Shown here one piece after another: positions 1-12,275 of a stretch of DNA of 64,000 nt (within the stretch, counting starts at the first letter, position 1; each line of letters opens with the position of its first letter). The notes under the pieces were generated by a model. That model saw nothing but the letters and a program-made list of their open reading frames with translations, had not been told where the DNA came from and did not search any database. This DNA comes from a virus, in the IMG/VR virus record IMGVR_UViG_3300023181_000005, positions 5,427-69,426 of that record. The stretch is one strand, 5' to 3'. The position numbers and the translations under genes are program-made.

Positions 1-3000
1 TCCATCTTGTTCTTATGGACCGATCCGGTACGTAGAGTATTCTTCGCCTCTTCCACGCCACGACGGAAGCCGCCGGGGCCAGCCATGCCTTTAATCATTG
101 CCAGTGCATCACTCACGCTGCCGTTGCCAACCATCAGAGCCAAAGTGTTCATGAAGCCTAGAGCGCCATTGCCCCAGACATTGACCGCTTGAGTGGAAAG
201 GCCCGCCAGCACGTTCGCATACCACATGCCCATGATGGCATCTGTTGCGGATACGCCTTTGATGAGCGCCAGTTTGTTAAGCAACTCGTTGGTTTTTAGA
301 TCACGCAGAGAACCCTCGGGCAGCTTGTTAATCTCCCGCGAGAGCTTGCTGATTTGTGAGCGGTCTTGGCTGGTAAGCTTTGGAAGGTCGAAGGCATCGC
401 TGAAAGCGTCACTGAAACTTTGATCCGAAAAGACGCCGCTGCCATCAGACTTCAAGATGGCGCGAATAATCTTTGGAACTGCACTGCGAGCCTTGCGCGT
501 CTTCGGGTTAAGATCGGCAATCGCTTTCTGAACAGCCTCTTCCATCTGCTCATCAGTTAGCTTGCCACCTTCGCCCGCTGCTTTCTTAGACTCATCAACA
601 ATGCGCTTTACCTTTTTTCGCACATTACCCAAGTCGTTACCAAACTCTTGCTTCGATGCTTTGTCGCGAATGCCTGATAGCATGCGCTCAAAACGACGTA
701 GCTTGCCTTGCGGAGACATGCGTGCCCAGGTATTCGCCAGATTAACTTCGCGGGCGGCATTGTTTAGGCGCGTCTCAACGTCCACCTTCGCCTCAATTGC
801 ACGATCCATCAGGGAATCGTATGCCTCGCTGCCTGGAAGGTTGCCCATCGCTTCACGCGCATTGGCGAGCAGGTCGTACTGCTGGGCCACTTGCATCAGG
901 CCAGCAAGGCGAACCTCGGGCGGGATGCTGTTATCCAGATCCTTAAACTTCACATAGGCCAACTCCAAGCCATCAGCCTTAATGATTGCCGCTGCTTTAT
1001 CGTGCGTGTCTTGCTGGTGCTTAACTTCAAACTCTGTTGCGGGCGCATCTTGGAACTCTTGCGTGAACCGCTCATCAGCTTGGAGGCGTTCGCCAAAGTC
1101 CGAGAACCGAGACTCGGGATTCTCAGGGTTCAATGAAGCTTGTATCTCAGGCTCAGCTTCGTCTGCTTGAGACTCACGTTGCGCTTTCACGCGCTCCGAG
1201 GAAATCTTGAGGCGTTCAGCCATAGAGCCTACAGCCTCGCCACTCTTGAGCTTGCCGCCGAACAGAGACTTCCGTTCGCCGCCGTTTTGCAGCCCCTCGA
1301 TGATCTTGCCAACGGATTCATCAGGCGGCTTCTCGCCTCGGGCTACAGCGGCAGCATCGGCCAAGACCTTCTGGGAGTTGGAGAGGCTGGCTTGCTTCGT
1401 GTTGTAGCCGCTCTTCATCGGAATGCGACCCTCTGCCACAGCCCTGACAGCAGCCGTGTAGAACTTGTGCAGAGCAGCATCGTTGAAGGCATTTGGATCA
1501 CCGCCTAGACGCTTGATGATGGCACGGACAATGCGCTTGATTTCATCCCAAGCTTTCTGCCATTTGCCCATCTCCTTGAAGTTGGCAGGATCGGCGCTCT
1601 GGTATCGTTCAGAGAACTTTGCCAGCAACTCATCTGCGTACAACTGTGAGCCGCGCTTAGTGCTGTAAGTTTTCTCGATCATTTTGCCCAACTCAGGGTC
1701 AACATTCTCGATGATACGGGAGATACGGGCTCGCTCAGGCGCAGTCGCAACTGCATTCACCCCCATGTGGCCGATGATCTCATGCAGCAAGTTCTCGCGA
1801 GCTTCGGCGCTGTTAGCGATACTATCAGTGACGATGTAAACAGTGCCTTCACGATGACCAACCCATGCTTTCACGTATTCAAGGGGGATGCCTTTGGCCG
1901 TGAAGAAATCACGGCCACCCTTCAGCCGGTCGCTTTGCTCAAAATCCGCAAGAGACACGACCTCAACTTTTGGCATTCCAGGCAAAATTTTTCGCATGTC
2001 TGTAATGACCTGCAAAACAGCGGCAGGCTTCACACCCTTGACTGGAGGTGGTGATGTAGTCCAGCTAGTGCCGTCTTCATCATTATGCTCAACGGCATCA
2101 ACCTTACCCGTGGTCTCACGAACTCGAATCTCATCCTTGCTCTCTGCATCCGCAATTCGGCGTTCAGTTTTCGCTTCGTTGCGAGTAAGCATCTCCTTCA
2201 ACTCGGGCAACGAGTCCAAGTAGGTATCCCGCACTCGCTTTCGTTGTACTGAGGTTAGATCGTCAAGGATGGAAATGTCGCCCGTGCGTGCATACTGTTC
2301 AGCCGCATCATAAACTGCTGGAGTCCACTTCGATAAAGCTTCAGGCGAAAGCTCGGACTCATTGCGAGCGCGAAGACTCTGAACAATGTCATCTGACAAA
2401 GCTGCTTGGAACTCAGGCGCAACCGAGACACGTTGAACTGGAGCTTGGCGAATACTGCCGTCGTCCATCTCAATTCGAGCAACGCCATTTGACACGCTCA
2501 CAAGCTTCCCTTGTTGCATCACACCTTCCTGCTTGAAGGAAACGCGGTCATTGGGCGTTGCTACCTCTTGCGCAGTTTTAGGCGTTTGAGACGCTGTAGT
2601 TTCTGGTAGCGGTTGCTCGACTTCGGTTTGCGGCGTGACATCAGATTTCGATTCGGGAGTAAATGACTCAACAGCGTCTTTATTCAGCAAAACCCATTGC
2701 GATCTGCCTAACGCATCCAAACCTCGGACTGCATCATATTTCTTTGCCAACTCTGCACGTTGCGAAGCATTAAGACGGTCTATATTTTCCTGCGTGTAGC
2801 GCACGCGAGAACCTGTCTTTAGGCGAATGCGATGCACCGCCGCCCCGCGTTCTTTAGCATACTTTTCTGACCAGTCACGGCTACTACCATCGGTGAGATA
2901 AAATCCACCATATGAGCGATTGCGTTTGTTTTGCTGCGAGCCAGCGCGCTCCAAATCCACTTGATCTAGCGTTGCGTCGTGCGGCAAGCCTCCATGGAAA

Positions 3001-4394
3001 AGATCGACTGGCCCGCTTGAGATATGTAGCGTTGGATCTTCCTTTAATTCTTGTTCGACTTTATCCCGATTAGACGGTTGATCTTGATTTGGAACTTCCA
3101 GTTCTTCAGGGATTGCAACTCCCTCTGCGTCGGAAGTGGCATCTTGCACGCTCCCGTCTCCTTCCAGAATGGTTTCTTGGGCAATATCCTCTGGGGGTAC
3201 ATAAGTTTCTTGCAGTTGGGTTTCTACAACTGGCGCTGTTTCAGTGGGTGATTCGACAATCTCCTTAAGTACTTCCGCTGTCTGGGGCGCAACAGCAGCA
3301 TTCGCCTCAACATTCTGCGTCAACTCCGCGACTTCCTTATCCACGACGGATTCAGGCTCAGAGGCTTTGATTTCTGGCGATTCGGCAACTGGTAACTTAA
3401 CCAGACCACTGTCAGTCAGGATCTTGAGATCCTGTGCACTCATGCCCGCGAGAAGTTTAGGGTCTGAAATCTTGGTAGCATTATATTGCACCTTGCCGAT
3501 GCCCGGAATATCTGCCTCGCCAATCTCGTCCTCAAATACTTCCCCGACTCCAGATTCAATAGTCTGCGCTTTACGATTAACGCCAGCTAAAGAATTTACA
3601 CCAGCAAACACAGAGCCACCCACCATTCCAAGAGCTGTTGCTTCGCCAGCCCCAGAAAGAATTCCTGGTGTTTCAGTTCCCTCTGGGGACATCGTTTTGT
3701 TTAGAGAGTTACCAGCAACCTGGGCCGCAAACTCCTCCGCCCCTTCAGTTCCAATAGCTTTAGCGGCCCCGCCAACTCCAGCTTCAAGCGATTCTCCCAA
3801 CATCCTGCGAGCCATAGCGGTTTCGCTGCCCATGCCAAAAAGTAGTTTTTCCGTGGCTACTTCCACCGCCCCCCCAAGCAATGCGCGGGCATAGGCAGTT
3901 CCGCCCGTCATGCCATATCGTTCAGCGTCTTGACCCCCACCTCTTGCGCCCTGCAAGAATCCAGAGCCTAACATAGATAGTTCAGCGCCAGCACGAACGC
4001 CGCCCAAAGCTTTACCGATACCACCGCCAATGCCTCCAGTCGCCAGCATGGAGATGGCTTGCCCGCCAGCATTGGCTGCTTTCATCGGAAAGCTCTGCTC
4101 GTAAATAGGATTCACGGGCAGGTAAGATTCGATGCCTTGCTCGATCTCGTTCGCTGTTGATTTCAGTCCCTCAGAGCCAGTAAGGTAGCCAACGCCACCA
4201 ATAGCCCCAGGCACAACGCCAGCAAATCCTCGGCCAGCGGATGAGGCTAGGCTGGATACATAGCCTTGACCTGAGTCTTTGGGCTGACTTGATGATGCCT
4301 GCCTATAAGCTTCCGCAAGAGTGGTTGCCGCCTCGGTATCGCCCGCTGCGTCCGCGCTCTTTAAGGCCTCTGCGATTTGGTCGAGCGTTACCAT
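1..4394 (-). CDS. Large polyvalent virion/ejection protein (>1460 aa, truncated by window edge) with ART-like and zincin metallopeptidase domains
   Basis: Not in the ORF track. ATG at 4394 overlaps the upstream TAA (TAATG). Translated by hand from 4394 to about 1380 and over 1-60 in the same frame with no stop; the stretch between was not fully translated. Gly/Ala-rich N-terminus; LFHGG...GGFYLT...KYA...YDAV...QWVLLN at about 2670-3010; LLHEIIGHMG...ADELLA at about 1620-1790. Confidence 0.85.
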   Translation of the reverse strand, partial: MVTLDQIAEALKSADAAGDTEAATTLAEAYRQASSSQPKDSGQGYVSSLASSAGRGFAGVVPGAIGGVGYLTGSEGLKSTANEIEQGIESYLPVNPIYEQSFPMKAANAGGQAISMLATGGIGGGIGKALGGVRAGAELSMLGSGFLQGARGGGQDAERYGMTGGTAYARALLGGAVEVATEKLLFGMGSETAMARRMLGESLEAGVGGAAKAIGTEGAEEFAAQVAGNSLNKTMSPEGTETPGILSGAGEATALGMVGGSVFAGVNSLAGVNRKAQTIESGVGEVFEDEIGEADIPGIGKVQYNATKISDPKLLAGMSAQDLKILTDSGLVKLPVAESPEIKASEPESVVDKEVAELTQNVEANAAVAPQTAEVLKEIVESPTETAPVVETQLQETYVPPEDIAQETILEGDGSVQDATSDAEGVAIPEELEVPNQDQPSNRDKVEQELKEDPTLHISSGPVDLFHGGLPHDATLDQVDLERAGSQQNKRNRSYGGFYLTDGSSRDWSEKYAKERGAAVHRIRLKTGSRVRYTQENIDRLNASQRAELAKKYDAVRGLDALGRSQWVLLNKDAVESFTPESKSDVTPQTEVEQPLPETTASQTPKTAQEVATPNDRVSFKQEGVMQQGKLVSVSNGVARIEMDDGSIRQAPVQRVSVAPEFQAALSDDIVQSLRARNESELSPEALSKWTPAVYDAAEQYARTGDISILDDLTSVQRKRVRDTYLDSLPELKEMLTRNEAKTERRIADAESKDEIRVRETTGKVDAVEHNDEDGTSWTTSPPPVKGVKPAAVLQVITDMRKILPGMPKVEVVSLADFEQSDRLKGGRDFFTAKGIPLEYVKAWVGHREGTVYIVTDSIANSAEARENLLHEIIGHMGVNAVATAPERARISRIIENVDPELGKMIEKTYSTKRGSQLYADELLAKFSERYQSADPANFKEMGKWQKAWDEIKRIVRAIIKRLGGDPNAFNDAALHKFYTAAVRAVAEGRIPMKSGYNTKQASLSNSQKVLADAAAVARGEKPPDESVGKIIEGLQNGGERKSLFGGKLKSGEAVGSMAERLKISSERVKAQRESQADEAEPEIQASLNPENPESRFSDFGERLQADERFTQEFQDAPATEFEVKHQQDTHDKAAAIIKADGLELAYVKFKDLDNSIPPEVRLAGLMQVAQQYDLLANAREAMGNLPGSEAYDSLMDRAIEAKVDVETRLNNAAREVNLANTWARMSPQGKLRRFERMLSGIRDKASKQEFGNDLGNVRKKVKRIVDESKKAAGEGGKLTDEQMEEAVQKAIADLNPKTRKARSAVPKIIRAILKSDGSGVFSDQSFSDAFSDAFDLPKLTSQDRSQISKLSREINKLPEGSLRDLKTNELLNKLALIKGVSATDAIMGMWYANVLAGLSTQAVNVWGNGALGFMNTLALMVGNGSVSDALAMIKGMAGPGGFRRGVEEAKNTLRTGSVHKNKM

Positions 4395-5755
4395 TATTTC
4401 TTTGGTGGATACTTGTTAACGAGATCCTCAATAGTCTTATCTGATAAGACCTTCGCGGCGGCAGGGGGTGCGGCTGCTTTCTCTTGCTCCGAGTGGGCCT
4501 TAATCACATCTTCCGCAAAGGCTTTGAGCAATTCATTGTTGGTGACTGTTTGCGTTCCAAATCGCAAATTCCCTGGCTCATCAAATGCAGCCCCATTTGG
4601 GTCAAGGCCAAGCTTCTTAGCTACCAGCACCCCATAAGGCACTTGTCCAACAACACCAACATTATCATCGACATAACTTGGGGTATCTGGATCTTCCGAT
4701 GGCAATTCGTCCAAAATAGCACGGGCAGCAATCAACTGTAAATCAGGCGATGGATAGGCTTTTAGGAAAGGATTAATCAATTTCGACTTGGCTGATGTCC
4801 ATGCCTTAGCCGCCTCTTGCTCCTCTTGAGCGGCCTTATCCATTGCTCCTTTTTGGGCGATGAATTGTTCCGGCGTGACCCCTTTAGGAATACGCTCACT
4901 TAAAGGTTTGAATGTGACGGCTGGAACTAGGCTTTGAGCCTCCGGCACGGGCGCGACTTTTGGCTCCACAACCGCAGGAACAACGGCAGGCTTGGTCTTT
5001 TCGAGGCCAGCCCACAAATAACCATTATCGCGGGCAGTCTGCGCGTACTCTTTAGCTAGCTCGGGGTCCATTTGCTTCAACTCCAAATACTTACCAAGCA
5101 TCTCGGAAGTAACAGCCCGCTCACGCCGAGGGTCACTTTTCACTGACTCAACGGCACGGGCCACCTTCACGGGGTCGTACATGCCATCTTGCCCTTGGAG
5201 GGTTCCCCAAGTTTCTTCTGGCACGCCTGCCGCCGCCAACTCCTTGGCCTGATTGTCCTTAAACTCAAGCAGACGAACTTGCTCAAAGGCTGTATGCGGG
5301 TCCGCTCCACCTTCAAGGAGTGCGTTATACTCCTGAACGTGACGAGGATCTTTAATCTTGAGTGCCAGTTGAGGGCCTAGAACCTGAGTCGAGAGGCGTG
5401 ATGGACGTTGCTCACGCTGACGAAATCCAACGTACGCTGCATTCTTTGGGTCCGAGAGGACTTCAGGGCTGATGGTTTGCAGCATCTTCTCGTAGCTGCT
5501 TCCGGGCGCAGTCTTGCTGAAATCGTAGGCGGCATCTTGCGCTTCCCATTCGCGACCTTGTCGCAATTGAGCGCGTTGCTGTTCCGCCTGAGCTTGCAGG
5601 ATCGCGTCATCCTCACGAAACGCAGCCTGCGACACGGGCGCAAAGGATGGATCTAACGCTTCATCGCCACCTTCTGGCCGGAAGTACTGCATGAGCGGAT
5701 GGCGACCAATCCCAAAATATTGATTAGCGCGAGGGAGTGCAGATGGAGGTGGCAT
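4394..5755 (-). CDS. Hypothetical protein, probable internal virion (ejection) protein
   Basis: 453 aa helical Ala/Glu/Gln-rich ORF between the adaptor-like gene and the giant polyvalent gene, coupled to the latter. Function inferred from position. Confidence 0.55.
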   Translation of the reverse strand: MPPPSALPRANQYFGIGRHPLMQYFRPEGGDEALDPSFAPVSQAAFREDDAILQAQAEQQRAQLRQGREWEAQDAAYDFSKTAPGSSYEKMLQTISPEVLSDPKNAAYVGFRQREQRPSRLSTQVLGPQLALKIKDPRHVQEYNALLEGGADPHTAFEQVRLLEFKDNQAKELAAAGVPEETWGTLQGQDGMYDPVKVARAVESVKSDPRRERAVTSEMLGKYLELKQMDPELAKEYAQTARDNGYLWAGLEKTKPAVVPAVVEPKVAPVPEAQSLVPAVTFKPLSERIPKGVTPEQFIAQKGAMDKAAQEEQEAAKAWTSAKSKLINPFLKAYPSPDLQLIAARAILDELPSEDPDTPSYVDDNVGVVGQVPYGVLVAKKLGLDPNGAAFDEPGNLRFGTQTVTNNELLKAFAEDVIKAHSEQEKAAAPPAAAKVLSDKTIEDLVNKYPPKK

Positions 5756-5757
5756 AT

Positions 5758-6699
5758 TTACCAGGAGTTGAAAGCGCCGACACCACTAGACTGTGGCAAG
5801 TTGATTGGGAAACGTGCGCCTCCGCGTTGGTGGCGGAGTTGCTGATTAAGCAGATTCTCAGCCTTCTGCCAGAATGTTTCAGCGGTAGCGATTTCAGAGG
5901 CGGCAGATGATTGCTCAAAGTTCATGGCTAGAACGGCCATCTTGAGAGCCCCAAGATTCGAGGGATACACTTGATCGCTCTCGTTGATGTAGGGAATGAA
6001 CCGGCGCTTGCACTTCGTTCGGATAGCTGGGAATCCGTCAGACGATGGCTGAATAGTTCCAGTCTTGTACCGTCGATATTGAGGATTCGTTTCTGGCGGC
6101 TTATAGGTGGATAGCGGTAGAACCGTTGCGCCATCGACTGAGGAAATAACGATACTGCCAAGCGTGATGTCTTTGTTCACCGCTGTTAGAATGAATGATT
6201 CCGTGGATGTGACAGTTGGATTTGCTAGGGTCAGTTCAACCCCAGGAATGCCCGCTGAATCAAATACTTCGCCGGTTGCATTGTAGCCGAACAAGCGAAC
6301 CTTCTTGCCCGCATCTGCCGCATTGCTGAGCGTGATTCGAATAGGCAGCGGCGTCTCTTGTTTTACCAGAGTCGGCCATTGACCTTCATCCACAATATTG
6401 CTGTATGCCGCCGCATCTTCTCGGTCATTAAAAAAGCCAGGGCCAGATTCGATAAACTCATGGTATCCGCCATAGATCGGTACTGGCACACGACGGATAG
6501 CGCAACCCATCAAAGATTCATACTGCCAAGGAAGGGTGATATAGCCAATAGCACCATCAAAATCCACGATAGCAGTCAGACCACCCCATAGTCCACTTTG
6601 CATCAACCGTTCAGATCCTTGGTTAAGGAACGACAGGAAGTTATTCGAATCAACCAGGATGCCAAAGGCTGTTCTGCATTCCGCTACGGTAAGGGCCAT
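5758..6699 (-). CDS. Putative head-tail adaptor / tail tubular protein
   Basis: 313 aa with helical N- and C-termini around a beta-rich core, in the virion module. Assigned by size, architecture and position. Confidence 0.5.
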   Translation of the reverse strand: MALTVAECRTAFGILVDSNNFLSFLNQGSERLMQSGLWGGLTAIVDFDGAIGYITLPWQYESLMGCAIRRVPVPIYGGYHEFIESGPGFFNDREDAAAYSNIVDEGQWPTLVKQETPLPIRITLSNAADAGKKVRLFGYNATGEVFDSAGIPGVELTLANPTVTSTESFILTAVNKDITLGSIVISSVDGATVLPLSTYKPPETNPQYRRYKTGTIQPSSDGFPAIRTKCKRRFIPYINESDQVYPSNLGALKMAVLAMNFEQSSAASEIATAETFWQKAENLLNQQLRHQRGGARFPINLPQSSGVGAFNSW

Positions 6700-6709
6700 A
6701 ATGGCCCCT

Positions 6710-6738
6710 AGTATGCAGGGATGAATCTATAAACTCAA
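6710..6738 (-). promoter_or_regulatory. sigma70-type promoter for the adaptor/ejection genes
   Basis: Minus strand TTGAGT-N17-CATACT, 10 nt before the ATG at 6699. Confidence 0.55.
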
Positions 6739-6748
6739 GGAGTATTGT

Positions 6749-7396
6749 TTAACCCAGAGTCACCTTCCACTTGCCGTCCACCTGCTCAAGTTTCGGCTGG
6801 ACCGAATAGCCGTAAAGTTTACGCCCTAGGCTTTGATCGCACAATGAAGACGATTGGCAGACCGTGACGTTGATTCCGCGCCAGTTGGCATCACGAATCC
6901 AATACTCCATACAGCCGCGTCCAGCCTCCGCGAAGCCGCGGTTGTCAGGATACGTGAAGTCGAAGCCGTAGAGCTTGATGTGCTTTACCCCCATGTAGAT
7001 TGCCAACGCCAAGGCGTAACTACTAGTGTTGTTGAGGTAAGGGTAGTTGATGACGTTTAGCACGGCCTCAAGCGGATACTCCACTGATCCGGGAAACTCA
7101 GGGTAAAACTTGGGCGTATAGATGGGGCCTGGGTGAGTCTTGAGCCAAGTGGCATATCCAGCGAGGCCGGGGTTAAGCTCCCTTGCTGCCTTCTCAAAGT
7201 ACGGCAACTCATCCATCATGATAGCTCGATCATGCTCAATGATGCCAGCCATCGCGTTGATCGCCCACGTTTCGTCAGCTACGCCCTTGCGACCCTTAGC
7301 ACCGATGCACTCGTTCAGGTAATCAACGTGACTTGGCCCCATTGCCACGATTGCCACCGTGTAAGGAGCGCGGTTGTCGTCGGTGGATGTGCTCAT
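6749..7396 (-). CDS. DUF115/Maf/GT42-like (sialyltransferase-fold) protein
   Basis: VAIVAMGPS at the N-terminus, WAINA, and NTSSYALALAIYMGVKHIKLYGFDF, the pattern seen in MptE-like/Maf/CstII-fold proteins. Confidence 0.6.
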   Translation of the reverse strand: MSTSTDDNRAPYTVAIVAMGPSHVDYLNECIGAKGRKGVADETWAINAMAGIIEHDRAIMMDELPYFEKAARELNPGLAGYATWLKTHPGPIYTPKFYPEFPGSVEYPLEAVLNVINYPYLNNTSSYALALAIYMGVKHIKLYGFDFTYPDNRGFAEAGRGCMEYWIRDANWRGINVTVCQSSSLCDQSLGRKLYGYSVQPKLEQVDGKWKVTLG

Positions 7397-7605
7397 TTCA
7401 GATGGAATCGAATCATGTTTAAGCAGGTGATAATATCATCAGCTCTTTTCTGGTCGCTGGAAGGCTCAACATAATCAGCAGGCATCCCAGGCCCACATGG
7501 GCCACTCTTCCCTAAAGGACCAGAACCTAACGGAATACAAATCTCATTATAGATCGACTCAACCTCAGACCAAGCTTTGTCGAGCCTGTCAGAATAATCA
7601 CTCAT
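7393..7605 (-). CDS. Hypothetical protein
   Basis: ATGA overlaps with both neighbours; start moved to MSDYSDRL. Confidence 0.55.
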   Translation of the reverse strand: MSDYSDRLDKAWSEVESIYNEICIPLGSGPLGKSGPCGPGMPADYVEPSSDQKRADDIITCLNMIRFHLK

Positions 7606-8291
7606 CGGAATGGGGGGCCTTTGAACCAAGTCACCAGCGAGTACCGCTTGCCGCTCTCAACCTGAGTCACCTGATGGCGGTTGAAAGCAGGGAAGAAAAT
7701 CATGTCACCTTGACCGCCAAACTCGCCTTCAGCCAGCGGCCCACCTTGCAACTCAAGCTTTCCGCCTGTGTAGGTAGTGGGATCTGAAAGCTGAATCACC
7801 ATACTCATCTTGCGTTCAAGCGGAGCGTAGTCTTGCGCTTTTTCGTTGAAGCACTTGCGAGCATTCTCTTTGGCAAAGGCCTTCTCACCATCGCTGGCAT
7901 TGTGAGCAACCTGAAGGCAACCGAAATCCTTCCACCATTTATCGAAAGGATCGTAAACCCAAGTGTTATCCTCATGCCAAGAGTAATGGCCTGCGCTTTG
8001 GGCGTCGTACTCGGTGAATTGAACCTCTGTAAAGTCGCGAATATCGAGGCCAAATGACTTATTGTTCGACCACTCAGCACGGGCGCTAATCCGATCAAAC
8101 ATCCAAAGCAGGTCTTTATGCCACCGTGGCAACCAGCGAATCGTTGATGATCGCATATCCTTGTTCACGACGAACTGACCGCCGTGGCCGATGCCGCCCT
8201 CAACAGGTGGAATCGACATGCCAAAGTCAATAATGCGCTGGCACTCCTCGGGCGTGAAGCAGCCCTTCCAGATTTCTCTCCAAGATTTCAT
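7602..8291 (-). CDS. 2OG-Fe(II) oxygenase, prolyl-4-hydroxylase/PKHD-like
   Basis: HYSWHED (HxD), RKMSMVIQLSDP..YTGGKL, GDMIFFP...HQVTQVESGKRYSLVTW (distal His and 2OG-binding Arg). Confidence 0.9.
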   Translation of the reverse strand: MKSWREIWKGCFTPEECQRIIDFGMSIPPVEGGIGHGGQFVVNKDMRSSTIRWLPRWHKDLLWMFDRISARAEWSNNKSFGLDIRDFTEVQFTEYDAQSAGHYSWHEDNTWVYDPFDKWWKDFGCLQVAHNASDGEKAFAKENARKCFNEKAQDYAPLERKMSMVIQLSDPTTYTGGKLELQGGPLAEGEFGGQGDMIFFPAFNRHQVTQVESGKRYSLVTWFKGPPFR

Positions 8292-8294
8292 TCG

Positions 8295-10454
<2,160 letters not shown>

Positions 10455-10455
<1 letters not shown>

Positions 10456-10829
10456 TAGATAGTGGGCTGAGATGTGCTCATGGAGGCAAGAAGTCGCGTT
10501 GGCGTATAGTAGTTGCCACCTGCTGTTTGAAACTCCCAGTGTGACTCAGGCCAAGTCAATGATCGTGGCGCAATGTGAGCGGCATTGTCATCAAGCTCAG
10601 TTTGGAATCCAGTGAACTCAGGCTGACCAGCAGTAACGGTGTACTCTGGGATGTTAGTCCAGCCTGGACCTTGAATCAGAACCGTGCCAGCAGCTTGCGG
10701 GAAGTTTTGCAGCGTGTCGCGATACACTCCTTGGGCCATCGTTTTAGTGACGACTATTGGAGTGGATGTGACGTTAGCCACTTTCGAGACTATGCCTGTG
10801 GTCAGGATGATGTAGTAATCTTGCGGCAT
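10455..10829 (-). CDS. Hypothetical virion-module protein
   Basis: 124 aa, tiles the operon. Confidence 0.6.
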
Positions 10830-10834
10830 AAAAG

Positions 10835-11668
10835 TTAGACTCTAGCAGGCCCGGTTCGTGAGAATGCCTTGCGCCAAAGTTCCATGTCTTCAGCGGTATT
10901 CTGCGGCTTGGCGTATTTATTGGCCTCACCCTGACGGTTAGCGGCATCTTGAAAGAAGTCTTTGCCAGTCTGATTGCCAACCATCATGCCAGCAGGGCCA
11001 CCCGTACGACCTGTGCCGTATTTCGAGCGCAAGTAGCCATTGCCATCAGCCCCCACTTGGACGGGCGATGGATTGTCCAATTGACGCTGCATTCCGATCT
11101 CATCAGCACGACTTTGCAATGCGGTTCGACGTTGCGCAATCAAATCAGCGCCACTAGGCATGGCGGCAGGTGTGGATGCAGTAGCGGCTGGACCTGTGCC
11201 AAACGGGAATGCAGAAGTTGGCACTTTCGGCATGCCGCTGATAGTCCCAACATTAGGCTCAAGACCAAAGTTACGCATCATATCACCCCTGATTGGCCCT
11301 TGTGATTGCATGGGGGCGGGAGCAGGCGGTGCGCTTGTAACAGCAAATGGATTGTTATTCGGGTCCAAGTATCCCGGCAACGGCGCGGCAGGTTGAGCTT
11401 GGGGTTGCTGACGAAGACCGTAGGGTTGAAGGCCATTGCGACCAACTTGCATCCCTTGATCATGCGCCCATGCGGCTTGCTCCTCAACGCTGGGCATCTT
11501 GGAACGTCCACCTGGAAACGCAGGCACAGCCCTGTTCTGCAAGATATACCAGCCATCAAGACCTGTGGGCTGAGTCGAGATAGGCTTAGCTCCTTGGATA
11601 CGACGACGCTCCCGGCCTGTTTCTCGGTCGGTAGTTCTACCCCATCTTTCCGGTGTTGGATAAGCCAT
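10835..11668 (-). CDS. Pro/Gln/Gly-rich low-complexity protein
   Basis: 277 aa, tiles the operon, probably disordered. Confidence 0.6.
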   Translation of the reverse strand: MAYPTPERWGRTTDRETGRERRRIQGAKPISTQPTGLDGWYILQNRAVPAFPGGRSKMPSVEEQAAWAHDQGMQVGRNGLQPYGLRQQPQAQPAAPLPGYLDPNNNPFAVTSAPPAPAPMQSQGPIRGDMMRNFGLEPNVGTISGMPKVPTSAFPFGTGPAATASTPAAMPSGADLIAQRRTALQSRADEIGMQRQLDNPSPVQVGADGNGYLRSKYGTGRTGGPAGMMVGNQTGKDFFQDAANRQGEANKYAKPQNTAEDMELWRKAFSRTGPARV

Positions 11669-11672
11669 GTCG

Positions 11673-12275
11673 TTACGGTAAATTTGATTGACTCAGTTTA
11701 GCCAGTTCTTGCATTCTAGCAATCTCTGCCGCTAAGCTGCTTTGATAAAGTTCGTGGTCAGGGCTTCCTGGCAGTGGAGGAACAGGCCATCTATCTAAGA
11801 TGCTTTGAGGGGTAGTTAATCCCATGCTCTTGAGTTTATTCTTGGCGGCATCCATCGCGCCATCAATGATGTCATCAGCAATTGACTGAGAACGCTTAGA
11901 CCACCGATCAACCGCAGGTTTTGAAACAAAGTAGCATGCGCCTGATGCCATGAAGCCAAGGGCGATAACAATGATAGGGTCTGTTACGATCTCGCTAAAG
12001 TAGGAACTGAAAGATGCGAGGCGGGGCAAAAGCACGCCGCCCACTAGAGCAAAGGTTGTGCGCCCAACTACAATTCTAGCTGCCTCACGATCTTTATTGA
12101 ATAGGTAGCAGACGGCGGCGGCAATTAAAGCACCCATTAAAGGAAGTAGTGACCAACGCAAAGCTTCCTCTTGCGTTTGGCTGGTAGCCGCCATGAGTAA
12201 ATATGTAGCTCCTGCATTAACCGCTAGGAAAATGCCTGTCATAAACTCTGACATGTGTATCAAACGATGCGGCAT
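11673..12275 (-). CDS. Multi-pass membrane protein
   Basis: About four hydrophobic segments; start moved to the TAATG overlap at 12275. Confidence 0.6.
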   Translation of the reverse strand: MPHRLIHMSEFMTGIFLAVNAGATYLLMAATSQTQEEALRWSLLPLMGALIAAAVCYLFNKDREAARIVVGRTTFALVGGVLLPRLASFSSYFSEIVTDPIIVIALGFMASGACYFVSKPAVDRWSKRSQSIADDIIDGAMDAAKNKLKSMGLTTPQSILDRWPVPPLPGSPDHELYQSSLAAEIARMQELAKLSQSNLP

